Origin: Anaerolineales bacterium
GTDB lineage: Bacteria > Chloroflexota > Anaerolineae > Anaerolineales > UBA11858
Direction of reading: 5' to 3'
Length of the DNA: 64,000 bases
Assembly: GCA_028278545.1 (NCBI GenBank)
Contig: JANQED010000133.1
Span: forward strand, 20,934-84,933
The translations under genes and the position numbers were made by a program. This document shows positions 26,901-37,514 of the stretch, one piece after another (the stretch's first letter is position 1; the number at the start of each line of letters is the position of its first letter). The notes under the pieces are model-generated. The model was not told where the DNA came from. It ran no database searches and worked only from the letters and a program-made list of their open reading frames with translations.

Positions 26901-28468
26901 CTGCTTCGGATTTCGCCATCCAGTATGATTTTATGTTTGAAGGGGATGCTCTGTTTGGCATCCACATTCGTGACGAGAGCTTTAATTTTGAATTTGGGAA
27001 AAGCGGCTGGTGGTCGATCTTCGCGGGAGACGCTTATTATGATGATGGTTCTGTAAGCAGCAATTATCGCCCTGAAGATTGGAACCAACTGACCATTTTT
27101 GTCCAAGCTGAACAGTATATATTCATGTTAAATGGCATGCTGTTGACAGCGTTTAATGATGACGATGCTATTGGGAAAAACACTGCCATTCGCGCCAGCA
27201 TTGATCCTGTAAAACAAGGCAGTGTTTATATCGACAATCTGAAATTTTGGAACCTGGAAGGGACTGAGTTAGCGAGGCAAGAGGGAGCCCCGTCCTTTTA
27301 TGAACCTGTGCTGTACCATATCGAGATCGAAGCCCCTACTATCGACGATGAATTCCCATCACCCGATTACAGTTGGGGAAATACCAGCCAGGGACAAGCC
27401 CTTTACCGCCTCTCCGAGAGTGGCGTATTAACGCTTACAGAATCCATCTATAATAAAGATGATCCAGCGGGAGGAGTTCATGCCGATGCTTTCTTACCCG
27501 GCTTTTCCTTCCCGATCAACGGGCGCCTTGACGCATCGAATTTTGGCCTTCAGTTCGACTTCAACACCCAAGAGCTCCACGAAATAGGTGTTCGGTTCCG
27601 CTCCACTGTCGCGCAAGATGTCGCTTACGAGTTCATTGTCTTTTCTGAAGGCTCATGGCAACTGGTAGAACAGCCGGGCGACGTCGTAATTTCGAGCGGA
27701 AACAGTTCGGTTCGACCAGATTATTCCACCCTGTTTATCGTGGCTTACGAGGAGAACCTGGCCATCTCCTTGAATGACGAGTGGGTCTACGAGACAGAAG
27801 ATCTGACGCTCACCGGGACATCTAACAGGATCATCGGAGCGGGAGAACATCTGGCCCAAGGAGAACTCGATAACATCAAATTCTGGAACCTGGATGGATT
27901 AGAGATCGGTTCCCAAGAAGAAAATTCTCAAGAGATATATCTCCCAGAATGGGCCAGAAATTTCTCTGAACCCATTCTGGCAGCCATAAAAGATATTGAA
28001 CCTGATTTTCAGGACGACTTCTCTGGAGTTAGTTCAGGGTGGCAGGGGGACGGGTTTGCGTTGACCGAAAATGGCGTAAGACATGTATCAGAAGGCGGCA
28101 TTATCACTCATTGGTATTTTAACAACAAACGTAATTTTGTCTTGCAGGTGGATTTAACTCCCCCTCCTACTTGCTGTATGCACGTCAAGATTCCACATGG
28201 CGACAGAGGTTACAGCCTATATCTTTCACCTATAGGTTGGGGGATTTGCAGATCGGATTGGCCCGACTGCATTGGGTATGAACCTGATTCACAAAATAAC
28301 CGGATCACCTTAATCGTAAAAGGTTCTGAGGCAAGTTTCTACCGCAATGGCATTCCTGTGGATTATCTCGATAACTTCAGCTTTGAAAAATCTGTGCTTT
28401 TAGTATGTGAAGCCGATAGTGAGTTCGACAACGTTAAATTCTGGAACCTGGATGGGAAAGATTTTTGA
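23987..28468 (+). CDS. receptor Ser/Thr protein kinase: N-terminal pseudokinase, active Hanks kinase, helical repeat region, one TM helix, three extracellular repeat modules
   Basis: The active domain has GQGGMATVYKA, VAVKVL, HRDIKPSNVL (from 25190), DFG (25250) and GTPMYMSPE. The N-domain is degenerate with HGG (24377-24385) and NAG (24437-24445). TM helix VVIGIAAAIILVGVGVVFVPPFI (about 26513-26584). Extracellular modules end in DNxKFWNL[ED]G. Confidence 0.85.
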   Translation: MGSEILLGQYRPEKKITETRIWDVYFGTHIDTAQRVVVTVFQSGEVSPRDFLDQLESIAGSLKKFRSPHAVPLLDYGEETGQAIVVQEAVEGQLLSDVLIEGRGLSLDLVLDIAQQMGEYLGTLHQAQVVHGGLRPDAILLTHRGTIQVLNAGLAQAMGLSKLLGSGAVEPSPYHSPELQWGGALEPPVDYYALGAILFEALTGKAPELDPRDSRPGSIISGLPPELDDLVTKCLAQAPDKRIQSTAELLNGIQEVHRGIRLGSQDTMLGMEDALVGHTLGAYQLVDRLGQGGMATVYKAYEPTLDRYVAVKVLPQFFAKDHNFMARFRREARAVAQLSHPNIVPIYSFGEQGAITYIAMQYVTGGTLKQTRGQVYDTERALKLITPVTQALAYAHQQGIIHRDIKPSNVLMSEREWPLLADFGLAKMTETSTQLTGTGLGVGTPMYMSPEQGRGTNVDHRTDIYSLGIMLYEMLTGDVPFKADTPMAIVIKHITAPMPIPRQANPKIPEDLERIILKTTAKNPNDRYQTADEVAGALEMVSSLLAARRFGLAPASKLVQTSADTEARQRQTQLAALKSQVEEAIQRGDWDAATEGCNEALEIAPDDRDWKGQLAEIAASQRTEIEAAELQTKLENLKSRAEAAIQGEDWNTAIAVLQEAQALAPDDSYWSEKLEAVEASRHQAQLVALKAQAQTARTEGNWNAALSALEEYLRQEPGATDIQEEIETIKAEQRQSQLVTFKDRAQKEAEAENWDAAIDAWNDYLALEPEDQAAAKTALQKSRLYSQIASDYAAAQKLIRRRRYDQAIELLQGIRSQVPEYKVTAQLIAKAQAGREQVPFWKRPVVIGIAAAIILVGVGVVFVPPFIDQLAARATEEPIAAVASEATTTVSPTSPPEVTPTDQPTASPTEEQPLLIDFLKYIAEHTPTFEDDFSSPKSEWGTLPARISVESGVMSMNVLNGSSARIGGNHLSASDFAIQYDFMFEGDALFGIHIRDESFNFEFGKSGWWSIFAGDAYYDDGSVSSNYRPEDWNQLTIFVQAEQYIFMLNGMLLTAFNDDDAIGKNTAIRASIDPVKQGSVYIDNLKFWNLEGTELARQEGAPSFYEPVLYHIEIEAPTIDDEFPSPDYSWGNTSQGQALYRLSESGVLTLTESIYNKDDPAGGVHADAFLPGFSFPINGRLDASNFGLQFDFNTQELHEIGVRFRSTVAQDVAYEFIVFSEGSWQLVEQPGDVVISSGNSSVRPDYSTLFIVAYEENLAISLNDEWVYETEDLTLTGTSNRIIGAGEHLAQGELDNIKFWNLDGLEIGSQEENSQEIYLPEWARNFSEPILAAIKDIEPDFQDDFSGVSSGWQGDGFALTENGVRHVSEGGIITHWYFNNKRNFVLQVDLTPPPTCCMHVKIPHGDRGYSLYLSPIGWGICRSDWPDCIGYEPDSQNNRITLIVKGSEASFYRNGIPVDYLDNFSFEKSVLLVCEADSEFDNVKFWNLDGKDF

Positions 28469-28469
28469 T

Positions 28470-28498
28470 TTGACCATGTTCTAGATTCATGGCATAAT
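28470..28498 (+). promoter_or_regulatory. candidate sigma70-type promoter of the ileS leader
   Basis: TTGACC 28470-28475, 17-nt spacer, CATAAT 28493-28498, immediately after the kinase stop codon (28466-28468). Confidence 0.5.
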
Positions 28499-28504
28499 CT
28501 CGCC

Positions 28505-28862
28505 CAACATCATCACCAAAAACAAAAGCTTTGATGGAAACGAGTAAGCTTGCCGCGGGCTGGCAGCGAACCTGGGACAGTGTGAGCCAGGGCAGCACCA
28601 GCAGGCCCAAAATCCTTCCGGAGCCGCAACTTGAAAGCCTAATCAGCGACTAGAGACGACGGAATTGCTCTCCGTTACAAGAGCACAGGCATGACCCAGT
28701 GAACAGTTAGCGGTAATCAGGCCATTCTAATCCGCCGTTTGCTGATCATAATCACTGTCAACTGGAAGTGCTTGAATGAGTGCCTGTCGTAAGACAGGAA
28801 TCCGGGTGGTACCGCGTGACGCTTTTGCGCTCTCGTCCCAGAGTGGTCGAGAGTTTTTGTTT
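28505..28862 (+). promoter_or_regulatory. T-box riboswitch leader, Ile-specific (AUC), controlling ileS
   Basis: UUGAUGGAAACGAGUA (28531-28546), an AGCGAA bulge and an AGUGUGAG distal loop. Candidate specifier AUC is at 28612-28614, 6 nt before GAGC (28621-28624). T-box core GGGTGGTACCGCG is at 28804-28816. A terminator follows. Confidence 0.8.
28830..28862 (+). terminator. intrinsic terminator of the Ile T-box leader
   Basis: Stem CTCTCG (28830-28835) / CGAGAG (28848-28853) followed by TTTTTGTTT. Confidence 0.7.
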
Positions 28863-28920
28863 AACAAGTAAATCAAGAAAATCCAGGTTGATCTCAGCAT
28901 ACACATTACTGGAGAGAGTT

Positions 28921-32352
<3,432 letters not shown>

Positions 32353-32397
32353 GAGCCTCGCAGGTTCAAACGAACTAGATAAAAGCGAAAAAAGATT

Positions 32398-32446
32398 AGC
32401 CCCGGTTTTGAAATTTGGAAAATGCGAAACCGGGGCTTTTGATTTT
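32398..32446 (+). terminator. intrinsic terminator after ileS
   Basis: 11-bp stem AGCCCCGGTTT (32398-32408) / AAACCGGGGCT (32427-32437) followed by TTTTGATTTT. Confidence 0.8.
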
Positions 32447-32614
32447 GAACGACTATTCACAACCCAGGCCCATCAACAATCTATTAAATCGGTAGAGCAT
32501 AATGTGCAATCCGCCTACACTTTGAATGATAGAATAATCATCATAAGTGAGTGGTTTGGCCCCTGTTTAAGACCGGATTTCGATTATCGGTAGAAAAAAT
32601 TTACGGAGGTAAAA

Positions 32615-32947
32615 ATGACTTATTATCTGGTGAAAGCCAAATTGCAGGATGACTTACTCGCAGAACTGCGCGCTCGTCTAGATAGCGGCGAGGTCAGACA
32701 AATGCGTCCGTTTGGGACCGCCCTGCAGTACAGCCTCGATCACGCCCGTCTTGACCCACAGGGTTGGGCCGTGTGGGAAGAAGAGGATTATTGCAGGCCG
32801 CCGCTGGCACAGGAGCGTGCTGCCGTACTGGATACCTATTTCAGCGACCTGAGCGTCGAGCCGGTACAAAAGGGGGATGGCTGGGAGCGCATCGAATCCC
32901 TACCGCTGTTATGGGACAAAAAGAATGGAGGCGAAAATGCGCTATAA
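32615..32947 (+). CDS. hypothetical protein
   Basis: 110 aa. GGAGG SD (acggaggtaaaaATG). No family recognised. The 3' end overlaps the next gene by 11 nt. Confidence 0.5.
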   Translation: MTYYLVKAKLQDDLLAELRARLDSGEVRQMRPFGTALQYSLDHARLDPQGWAVWEEEDYCRPPLAQERAAVLDTYFSDLSVEPVQKGDGWERIESLPLLWDKKNGGENAL

Positions 32948-33965
32948 ACTACTTGGTCGCAGCGGGCTGCGCGTCTCGGAACTCTGCCTGGGCACGATGA
33001 CCTTCGGTGAGACCTGGGGTTGGGGAGCCTCGAAGACTGAATGCAAGAAAATGTTTGACCTGTTCGCCGAATCTGGAGGCAACTTCATCGATACGGCGGT
33101 CAACTACACGGACGGTGAGAGCGAAACCATCTTGGGCGACCTGATCAAGGCTGACCGCGACCATTTTGTAGTCGCCACCAAATACACGCTGACCCAGCCG
33201 GACAACACCGACCCCAATAGTGGCGGCAACAGCCGCAAGAATATGTTGAAGTCCGTCGAACGCAGCCTGAAGCGGCTCCAGACCGACCACATTGACCTTT
33301 ACTACCTGCACATGTGGGACTACATGACCCCGGTAGAAGAGATCATCCGTGGGCTGGACGATCTGGTAAGGCAGGGCAAGGTGCTCTATGCGGCCTTCTC
33401 CGACACGCCCGATTGGATCGTGGCCGAAGCTAATACCCGCTCTGAACTGATGGGCTGGTCCCGTTTTGTGGCGATGCAGATACCCTATTCGCTGCTCGAC
33501 CGGGCGGTGGAACGCGCCATTATGCCGATGGCTAAACACTGGGATATGGCGGTTTTGCCATGGGGCCTGCTGGAAGCCGGCATTCTGACCGGGAAATTCC
33601 TGGAGAAAATCAATGACCCGACGCGCATCAACCCCGAGAAGTTGGACCTGAGTGAGAAGTCGCTGGCCGTGGTCAAAGAAGTTCAGAAAATCTCCGAGGA
33701 AGTCGGACATCCGATGTCACAGGTAGCGATCAACTGGGTGCGCCAACAGCAGGAAAAAGCGCAGATCATCCCTATCCTGGGGGCGCGCACGCTTGAACAA
33801 CTCAAAGACAACCTCCACGTGCTGGATTGGGCATTGAACAATGAACAACTCAAACGCCTGGACGAGGTTAGCGCAATTGACCTCGGCTTCCCGCACAACT
33901 TACTGGAGGGCAATCCTTACATCTTCGGCGCGACCTTCGACAAGATCGACAACCATCGCGCGTAG
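32937..33965 (+). CDS. aldo/keto reductase
   Basis: GGAGG 32927-32931, then ATG 32937 (MRYKLLGRSGLRVSELCLGTMTFG). ...NFIDTAVNYTDGESE..., DLYYLHMWD, VLYAAFSDTPDW. Confidence 0.85.
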   Translation: MRYKLLGRSGLRVSELCLGTMTFGETWGWGASKTECKKMFDLFAESGGNFIDTAVNYTDGESETILGDLIKADRDHFVVATKYTLTQPDNTDPNSGGNSRKNMLKSVERSLKRLQTDHIDLYYLHMWDYMTPVEEIIRGLDDLVRQGKVLYAAFSDTPDWIVAEANTRSELMGWSRFVAMQIPYSLLDRAVERAIMPMAKHWDMAVLPWGLLEAGILTGKFLEKINDPTRINPEKLDLSEKSLAVVKEVQKISEEVGHPMSQVAINWVRQQQEKAQIIPILGARTLEQLKDNLHVLDWALNNEQLKRLDEVSAIDLGFPHNLLEGNPYIFGATFDKIDNHRA

Positions 33966-34038
33966 GCGGCACATCAGCCCTCACGGGGCTTGAGGCCTGT
34001 GGGGGCTCAATGCCGTCTTAAATGATACAATCCCAACC

Positions 34039-34245
34039 ATGAAAAATCGCGCCATCTTTACTATCCTGCTGGCCGTCTCGCTGGCCTGTCGCCCCGTCCT
34101 TACCATCGGCTGGGGGGAGATCGGCATTCTACTCGTGCTCATCGCCGTCCTCCTGGGGCCACTGCTCTTCAAACTCTATCAACGGCTGGCCGAATTTCAG
34201 GCCTGGAAAGCTTCAAAGGGGATACAGAAAGAGAAAGAAGAATAA
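34039..34245 (+). CDS. small membrane protein
   Basis: 68 aa, ATG start. Two hydrophobic segments and a Lys/Glu-rich tail. A TGATACAAT-like -10 lies just upstream. Confidence 0.45.
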   Translation: MKNRAIFTILLAVSLACRPVLTIGWGEIGILLVLIAVLLGPLLFKLYQRLAEFQAWKASKGIQKEKEE

Positions 34246-34487
34246 ACAAGACATCCTCACTTCCCGATTCACTTCTTTGACCGGCATTTATGCCGTGCAG
34301 AGCTTCGCTCAAGACTTCATCTGGGACGTGATCACCACCCCCAATCCTGTCAAGCCACCCGTTGATTTGGTGACTGCCATCGCCTTTGGCGGCGGTTGGA
34401 TTGACGCTGTAGGCGGCCTGCTCCTGATGACATGCCATCAAAGAGATGGGTGGGGAGATCATAGAAAACCAAAATAACTTAACAACG

Positions 34488-35735
34488 ATGATGACAACAC
34501 CTGATCAAAAGGCAAAACGTACCAAGCAACACACAACCATCGGCTATTTTGCGGCCTTCACAATCCTGGGGTTAACCACAGCCTCCCTGGGGCCATCTCT
34601 GCCCAGCTTAGCGGAGAATACCAACACTCTCATCAGCCAAATCAGCTACCTCTTCACAGCTCGATCCGGGGGCTACTTGATTGGCTCTTGGATGGGAGGG
34701 CGTACCTACGACCGGCGACCAGGGCACCACGTGCTTGTCCTGATGCTGCTGGCAATCGCCATTGCCCTGGGGTCAATCCCCACGCTCTCACAACTATGGG
34801 TGCTGATGGTCGTCCTGATGATCGTCGGTTTTGCCGAGGGCGCAGTGGATGTGGGCGGCAACACACTGCTGGTCTGGCTTTACCGCCGTGATGTCAGCCC
34901 ATACATGAATGCGCTGCATGCCTTTTTTGGAGTGGGTTCGTTCCTTTCACCGATTATCCTGGCCCTGGCTATGCGCTCAAGCGGGGAGATCACCTTCGGA
35001 TATTGGGCGTTGGCGCTCATGGTCATTCCCGTGATTTTGTGGATTTTGCGCCTGCCCAGCCCCAAGGCAGACTCAGCAATTGACACCAGTGAACAGGAAA
35101 CCCAGGCAGCCCTGACCCGTTCCAACATCATCCTGATCCTGATCATCTGCCTGTTCCTCTTTTTATATGTCGGGGCGGAGGTCAGCTATGGAGGCTGGAT
35201 TTACACTTACGCTCTGGAGAGTAATCTGGCGAGCGAGACCACGGCTGCGTATTTGAATTCTGGGTTCTGGGGAGCATTCACCCTCTCACGCCTGCTCAGC
35301 ATCCCGTTGGCGACTCGCATTCGCCCCCGCAGAATGTTGGTCATCAACCTTGTCGGCTGTCTGTTGAGTACCGCTATCATGCTGCTCTGGTCGCAGTCAA
35401 CCCTGGCGCTTTGGGTTGGTTCGATTGGCATCGGGGCATCCATGGCCTCGATCTTCCCCACCACACTCACCATGGCTGAACGGCGGCTCAAGATAACTGG
35501 TCAAATCACGGGCTGGTTTTTCGTCGGCGCCAGTTTGGGGGGCATGTTCCTGCCATGGTTCATCGGGCAATTTTTCGAGAGCAGTGGTCCGCAGTCAATG
35601 ATGAACATCATCATGCTCGATCTGATCCTGGCGGCAATGATATTCCTGCTTGTTCCCAACGATGGTCAGGATCGGACAAGGGGTTTTCAGGCTCTTTTCA
35701 TCAAATCATGGTCAAAAAGGGGCAGAAAACGCTAG
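34488..35735 (+). CDS. MFS transporter
   Basis: About 12 predicted TM helices and the MFS loop motif GGRTYDRRPG. I prefer the ATG at 34488 (MMTTPDQK). Confidence 0.8.
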   Translation: MMTTPDQKAKRTKQHTTIGYFAAFTILGLTTASLGPSLPSLAENTNTLISQISYLFTARSGGYLIGSWMGGRTYDRRPGHHVLVLMLLAIAIALGSIPTLSQLWVLMVVLMIVGFAEGAVDVGGNTLLVWLYRRDVSPYMNALHAFFGVGSFLSPIILALAMRSSGEITFGYWALALMVIPVILWILRLPSPKADSAIDTSEQETQAALTRSNIILILIICLFLFLYVGAEVSYGGWIYTYALESNLASETTAAYLNSGFWGAFTLSRLLSIPLATRIRPRRMLVINLVGCLLSTAIMLLWSQSTLALWVGSIGIGASMASIFPTTLTMAERRLKITGQITGWFFVGASLGGMFLPWFIGQFFESSGPQSMMNIIMLDLILAAMIFLLVPNDGQDRTRGFQALFIKSWSKRGRKR

Positions 35736-35809
35736 AAGATCGTACCAGCCGGTAGATGACCGGTATAATAGCGTAAACTGATTTCAATCACCATTCTTTT
35801 GGGGAGCAA

Positions 35810-36481
35810 ATGGTCATGCGCAATGTGCTCCGTGCGGCTTTCCAGTTCTTATTCCAGATTCTTACCCAACTCTCTGTAAAAGGGATCGAGAATATCCCTT
35901 TGCAAAGTGGCTGCCTGGTCACCAGCAACCATATTGGTATCTTAGATGCCCCTTTAATCTATAGTCTGATCAAAAGAGACGATGCCACTGGGTTGGTCGC
36001 CAAGAAACACCAACGCAACCCCATCATCCGCTGGGTGGTGGACAGAACCGGCGGTATCTGGATCGACCGCACCCGCACCGACTTTCAGGCTCTCAAAGCT
36101 GCGCAGACATACTTAAAAAGAGGCGGGTTGCTGGGCATCTCCCCCGAGGGAACACGCAGTCGAACAGGGGGGTTGATAGCGCCCAAACCGGGCGTGTCAT
36201 ACCTGGCCAGTAAATTCGGTGTCCCCGTGATCCCCCTGGCAATCACCGGCACAGAAAATGCCAAAGCGATCTTCTTATTACGCCGCCCCAAGGTCATGGT
36301 TACGATCGGCGACCCCTTCCACCTACCACCACTTGATCGCAAAGACCGCGAAGCTGCATTGAAACGCAACACCGATGAGATCATGTGCCGCATCGCGGCC
36401 ATGCTGCCGCCCGAATATCGGGGTGTGTATGCCGATCATCCACGTCTGAAAGAAATGGTACACGAATTTCAAGGACTATAA
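35810..36481 (+). CDS. plsC: 1-acyl-sn-glycerol-3-phosphate acyltransferase-like (lysophospholipid acyltransferase)
   Basis: Acyltransferase motifs NHIGILDAP (HxxxxD block) and ISPEGTRS. 223 aa. Confidence 0.75.
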   Translation: MVMRNVLRAAFQFLFQILTQLSVKGIENIPLQSGCLVTSNHIGILDAPLIYSLIKRDDATGLVAKKHQRNPIIRWVVDRTGGIWIDRTRTDFQALKAAQTYLKRGGLLGISPEGTRSRTGGLIAPKPGVSYLASKFGVPVIPLAITGTENAKAIFLLRRPKVMVTIGDPFHLPPLDRKDREAALKRNTDEIMCRIAAMLPPEYRGVYADHPRLKEMVHEFQGL

Positions 36482-36500
36482 ACAGAATCCATGCCCATTA

Positions 36501-36540
36501 AAAAATCAACCCCGCGGAGGCGTCTTCGCGGGGTACTTGA
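36501..36540. terminator. hairpin terminator between convergent plsC-like and SWIM genes
   Basis: Stem CCCCGCG (36510-36516) / CGCGGGG (36527-36533). On the minus strand it is followed by TTGATTTTT. Confidence 0.6.
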
Positions 36541-36561
36541 TTCGTTCAAAAGCCCTTGCGT

Positions 36562-36801
36562 TCACGCTTCAGGCTCCAGACACACACCTTCAAGGATAAT
36601 TTCTAGAGCTATGGTATGGCTGCAACGCCCGCGAGTCTGGAAGAAATCACAATCGCACTGCCAATGCCCATTTTCAAGCTGCACCACATGGGGGTTGTTC
36701 GTGCCGTTGAAAGTCACCGAGAGATTATCAATCTGAATACGTTCGCGTTCCTCCGCGTAGCGCTTGGCTTTCTTGATCTTGCCGATCATCCCATAATCCA
36801 T
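36562..36801 (-). CDS. SWIM zinc finger domain protein (79 aa, stand-alone)
   Basis: CxCx(n)CxH signature WQCDCDFFQTRGRCSHTIAL. AGGAG SD before the ATG at 36801. Confidence 0.7.
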   Translation of the reverse strand: MDYGMIGKIKKAKRYAEERERIQIDNLSVTFNGTNNPHVVQLENGHWQCDCDFFQTRGRCSHTIALEIILEGVCLEPEA

Positions 36802-36918
36802 AGTTATCTCCTAATCCTTTTGAATGGATATCCTCTGCTGCCCTTCAACATGCGGCCGCCAAAGGCGTACGCGTGCAGCAGAGGGGCCAAAGAACGAGTG
36901 GGATACGTCCTTTGATAC

Positions 36919-36946
36919 AAAAAAGCACGCATCTCGCGCGCGTGCT
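36919..36946 (-). terminator. intrinsic terminator inside the SWIM-gene leader region
   Basis: Minus strand AAAGCACGCGCGCGAGATGCGTGCTTTTTT. Stem 36924-36930 / 36940-36946, with T6 corresponding to plus-strand A-run 36919-36924. Confidence 0.65.
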
Positions 36947-36952
36947 TTAGAG

Positions 36953-36991
36953 CTAATAACAAGTTATTCCCTTTTCGCTTGAATCTCGCAT
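36953..36991 (-). CDS. candidate 12-codon micro-ORF (MRDSSEKGITCY) behind a perfect Shine-Dalgarno
   Basis: GGAGGTGATC (complement of 36997-37006) is a 10-nt perfect match to the canonical anti-SD partner sequence. It lies 5 nt upstream of the ATG (36991-36989). Stop TAG is at 36955-36953, only about 6 nt before the terminator stem. Confidence 0.25.
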   Translation of the reverse strand: MRDSSEKGITCY

Positions 36992-37019
36992 AAGCGGATC
37001 ACCTCCGGGGATTGCTCTC

Positions 37020-37048
37020 AGTATACGCCGAGTCGATCACAAAGTCAA
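37020..37048 (-). promoter_or_regulatory. candidate sigma70-type promoter driving the micro-ORF/SWIM leader
   Basis: Minus strand: TTGACT (37048-37043), 17-nt spacer, TATACT (37025-37020). Confidence 0.4.
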
Positions 37049-37092
37049 CAGGCACAGTCCTGTGTCAACTGGGTGATCCAAACAGCGACAGT

Positions 37093-37470
37093 TTATTTGC
37101 GCTTTTTAAGATCTTCCTTGAATACCAAACTGAGGGCAATGCTGACCAGGCTGGTGATCACCCCACCCCAGAAGGCGCTCCAGAACCCGGCCACCTGGAA
37201 GCCGATGCCAAAATTGGTCCCGATCTCTCCAGCCAGGTAGAACAGCAGCGTGTTGATGAGCAAGGTAAACAAACCTAAGGTGAGAAAGATCAAGGGACAG
37301 GTCAGAAGTGTCAGAAGCGGGCGCAAAAGGGCATTCAAAAGCCCAAAGATCAGCGCCAGACCAAAGAGAGCCATCCATTGCGTTGTTTGAGCCTCAATAC
37401 CAGGCACAAGGTTGATCGCAACGTAAAGGGCAATCGCATTAATCACCCAGCGAATGAAGAAACGGTTCAT
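37093..37470 (-). CDS. DUF360 / phage-holin-4_2 family membrane protein
   Basis: MNRFFIRWVINAIALYVAINLVPGI...LLNALLRPLLTLLTCPLIFLTLGLFTLLINTLLF...GFWSAFWGGVITSLVS matches the family pattern I know. AAGGAG SD. Confidence 0.8.
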   Translation of the reverse strand: MNRFFIRWVINAIALYVAINLVPGIEAQTTQWMALFGLALIFGLLNALLRPLLTLLTCPLIFLTLGLFTLLINTLLFYLAGEIGTNFGIGFQVAGFWSAFWGGVITSLVSIALSLVFKEDLKKRK

Positions 37471-37514
37471 AGTTTTCTCCTTTTTTGATTATCGGCTTAT
37501 CAGCTAGCGTTAAA

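Noticed and set aside
28780-28920. 47-codon N-terminal extension of the ileS ORF in the track
   Set aside because: It would start inside the T-box core and terminator. The ATG at 28921 has a GGAG SD and gives the canonical IleRS N-terminus.
34246-34487. 240-nt gap before the MFS transporter, with faint fluoride-riboswitch-like CTGATGACATGCC and two small overlapping ORFs (34277-34477 plus strand, 34169-34462 minus strand)
   Set aside because: I could build no convincing riboswitch secondary structure or conserved core. The ORFs start with TTG or lack an SD, overlap each other and have no recognisable features. Left unannotated.
36997-37006. GATCACCTCC on the plus strand, identical to the 3' end of 16S rRNA
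   Set aside because: There is no rRNA context. It is simply the complement of the strong Shine-Dalgarno of the minus-strand micro-ORF.
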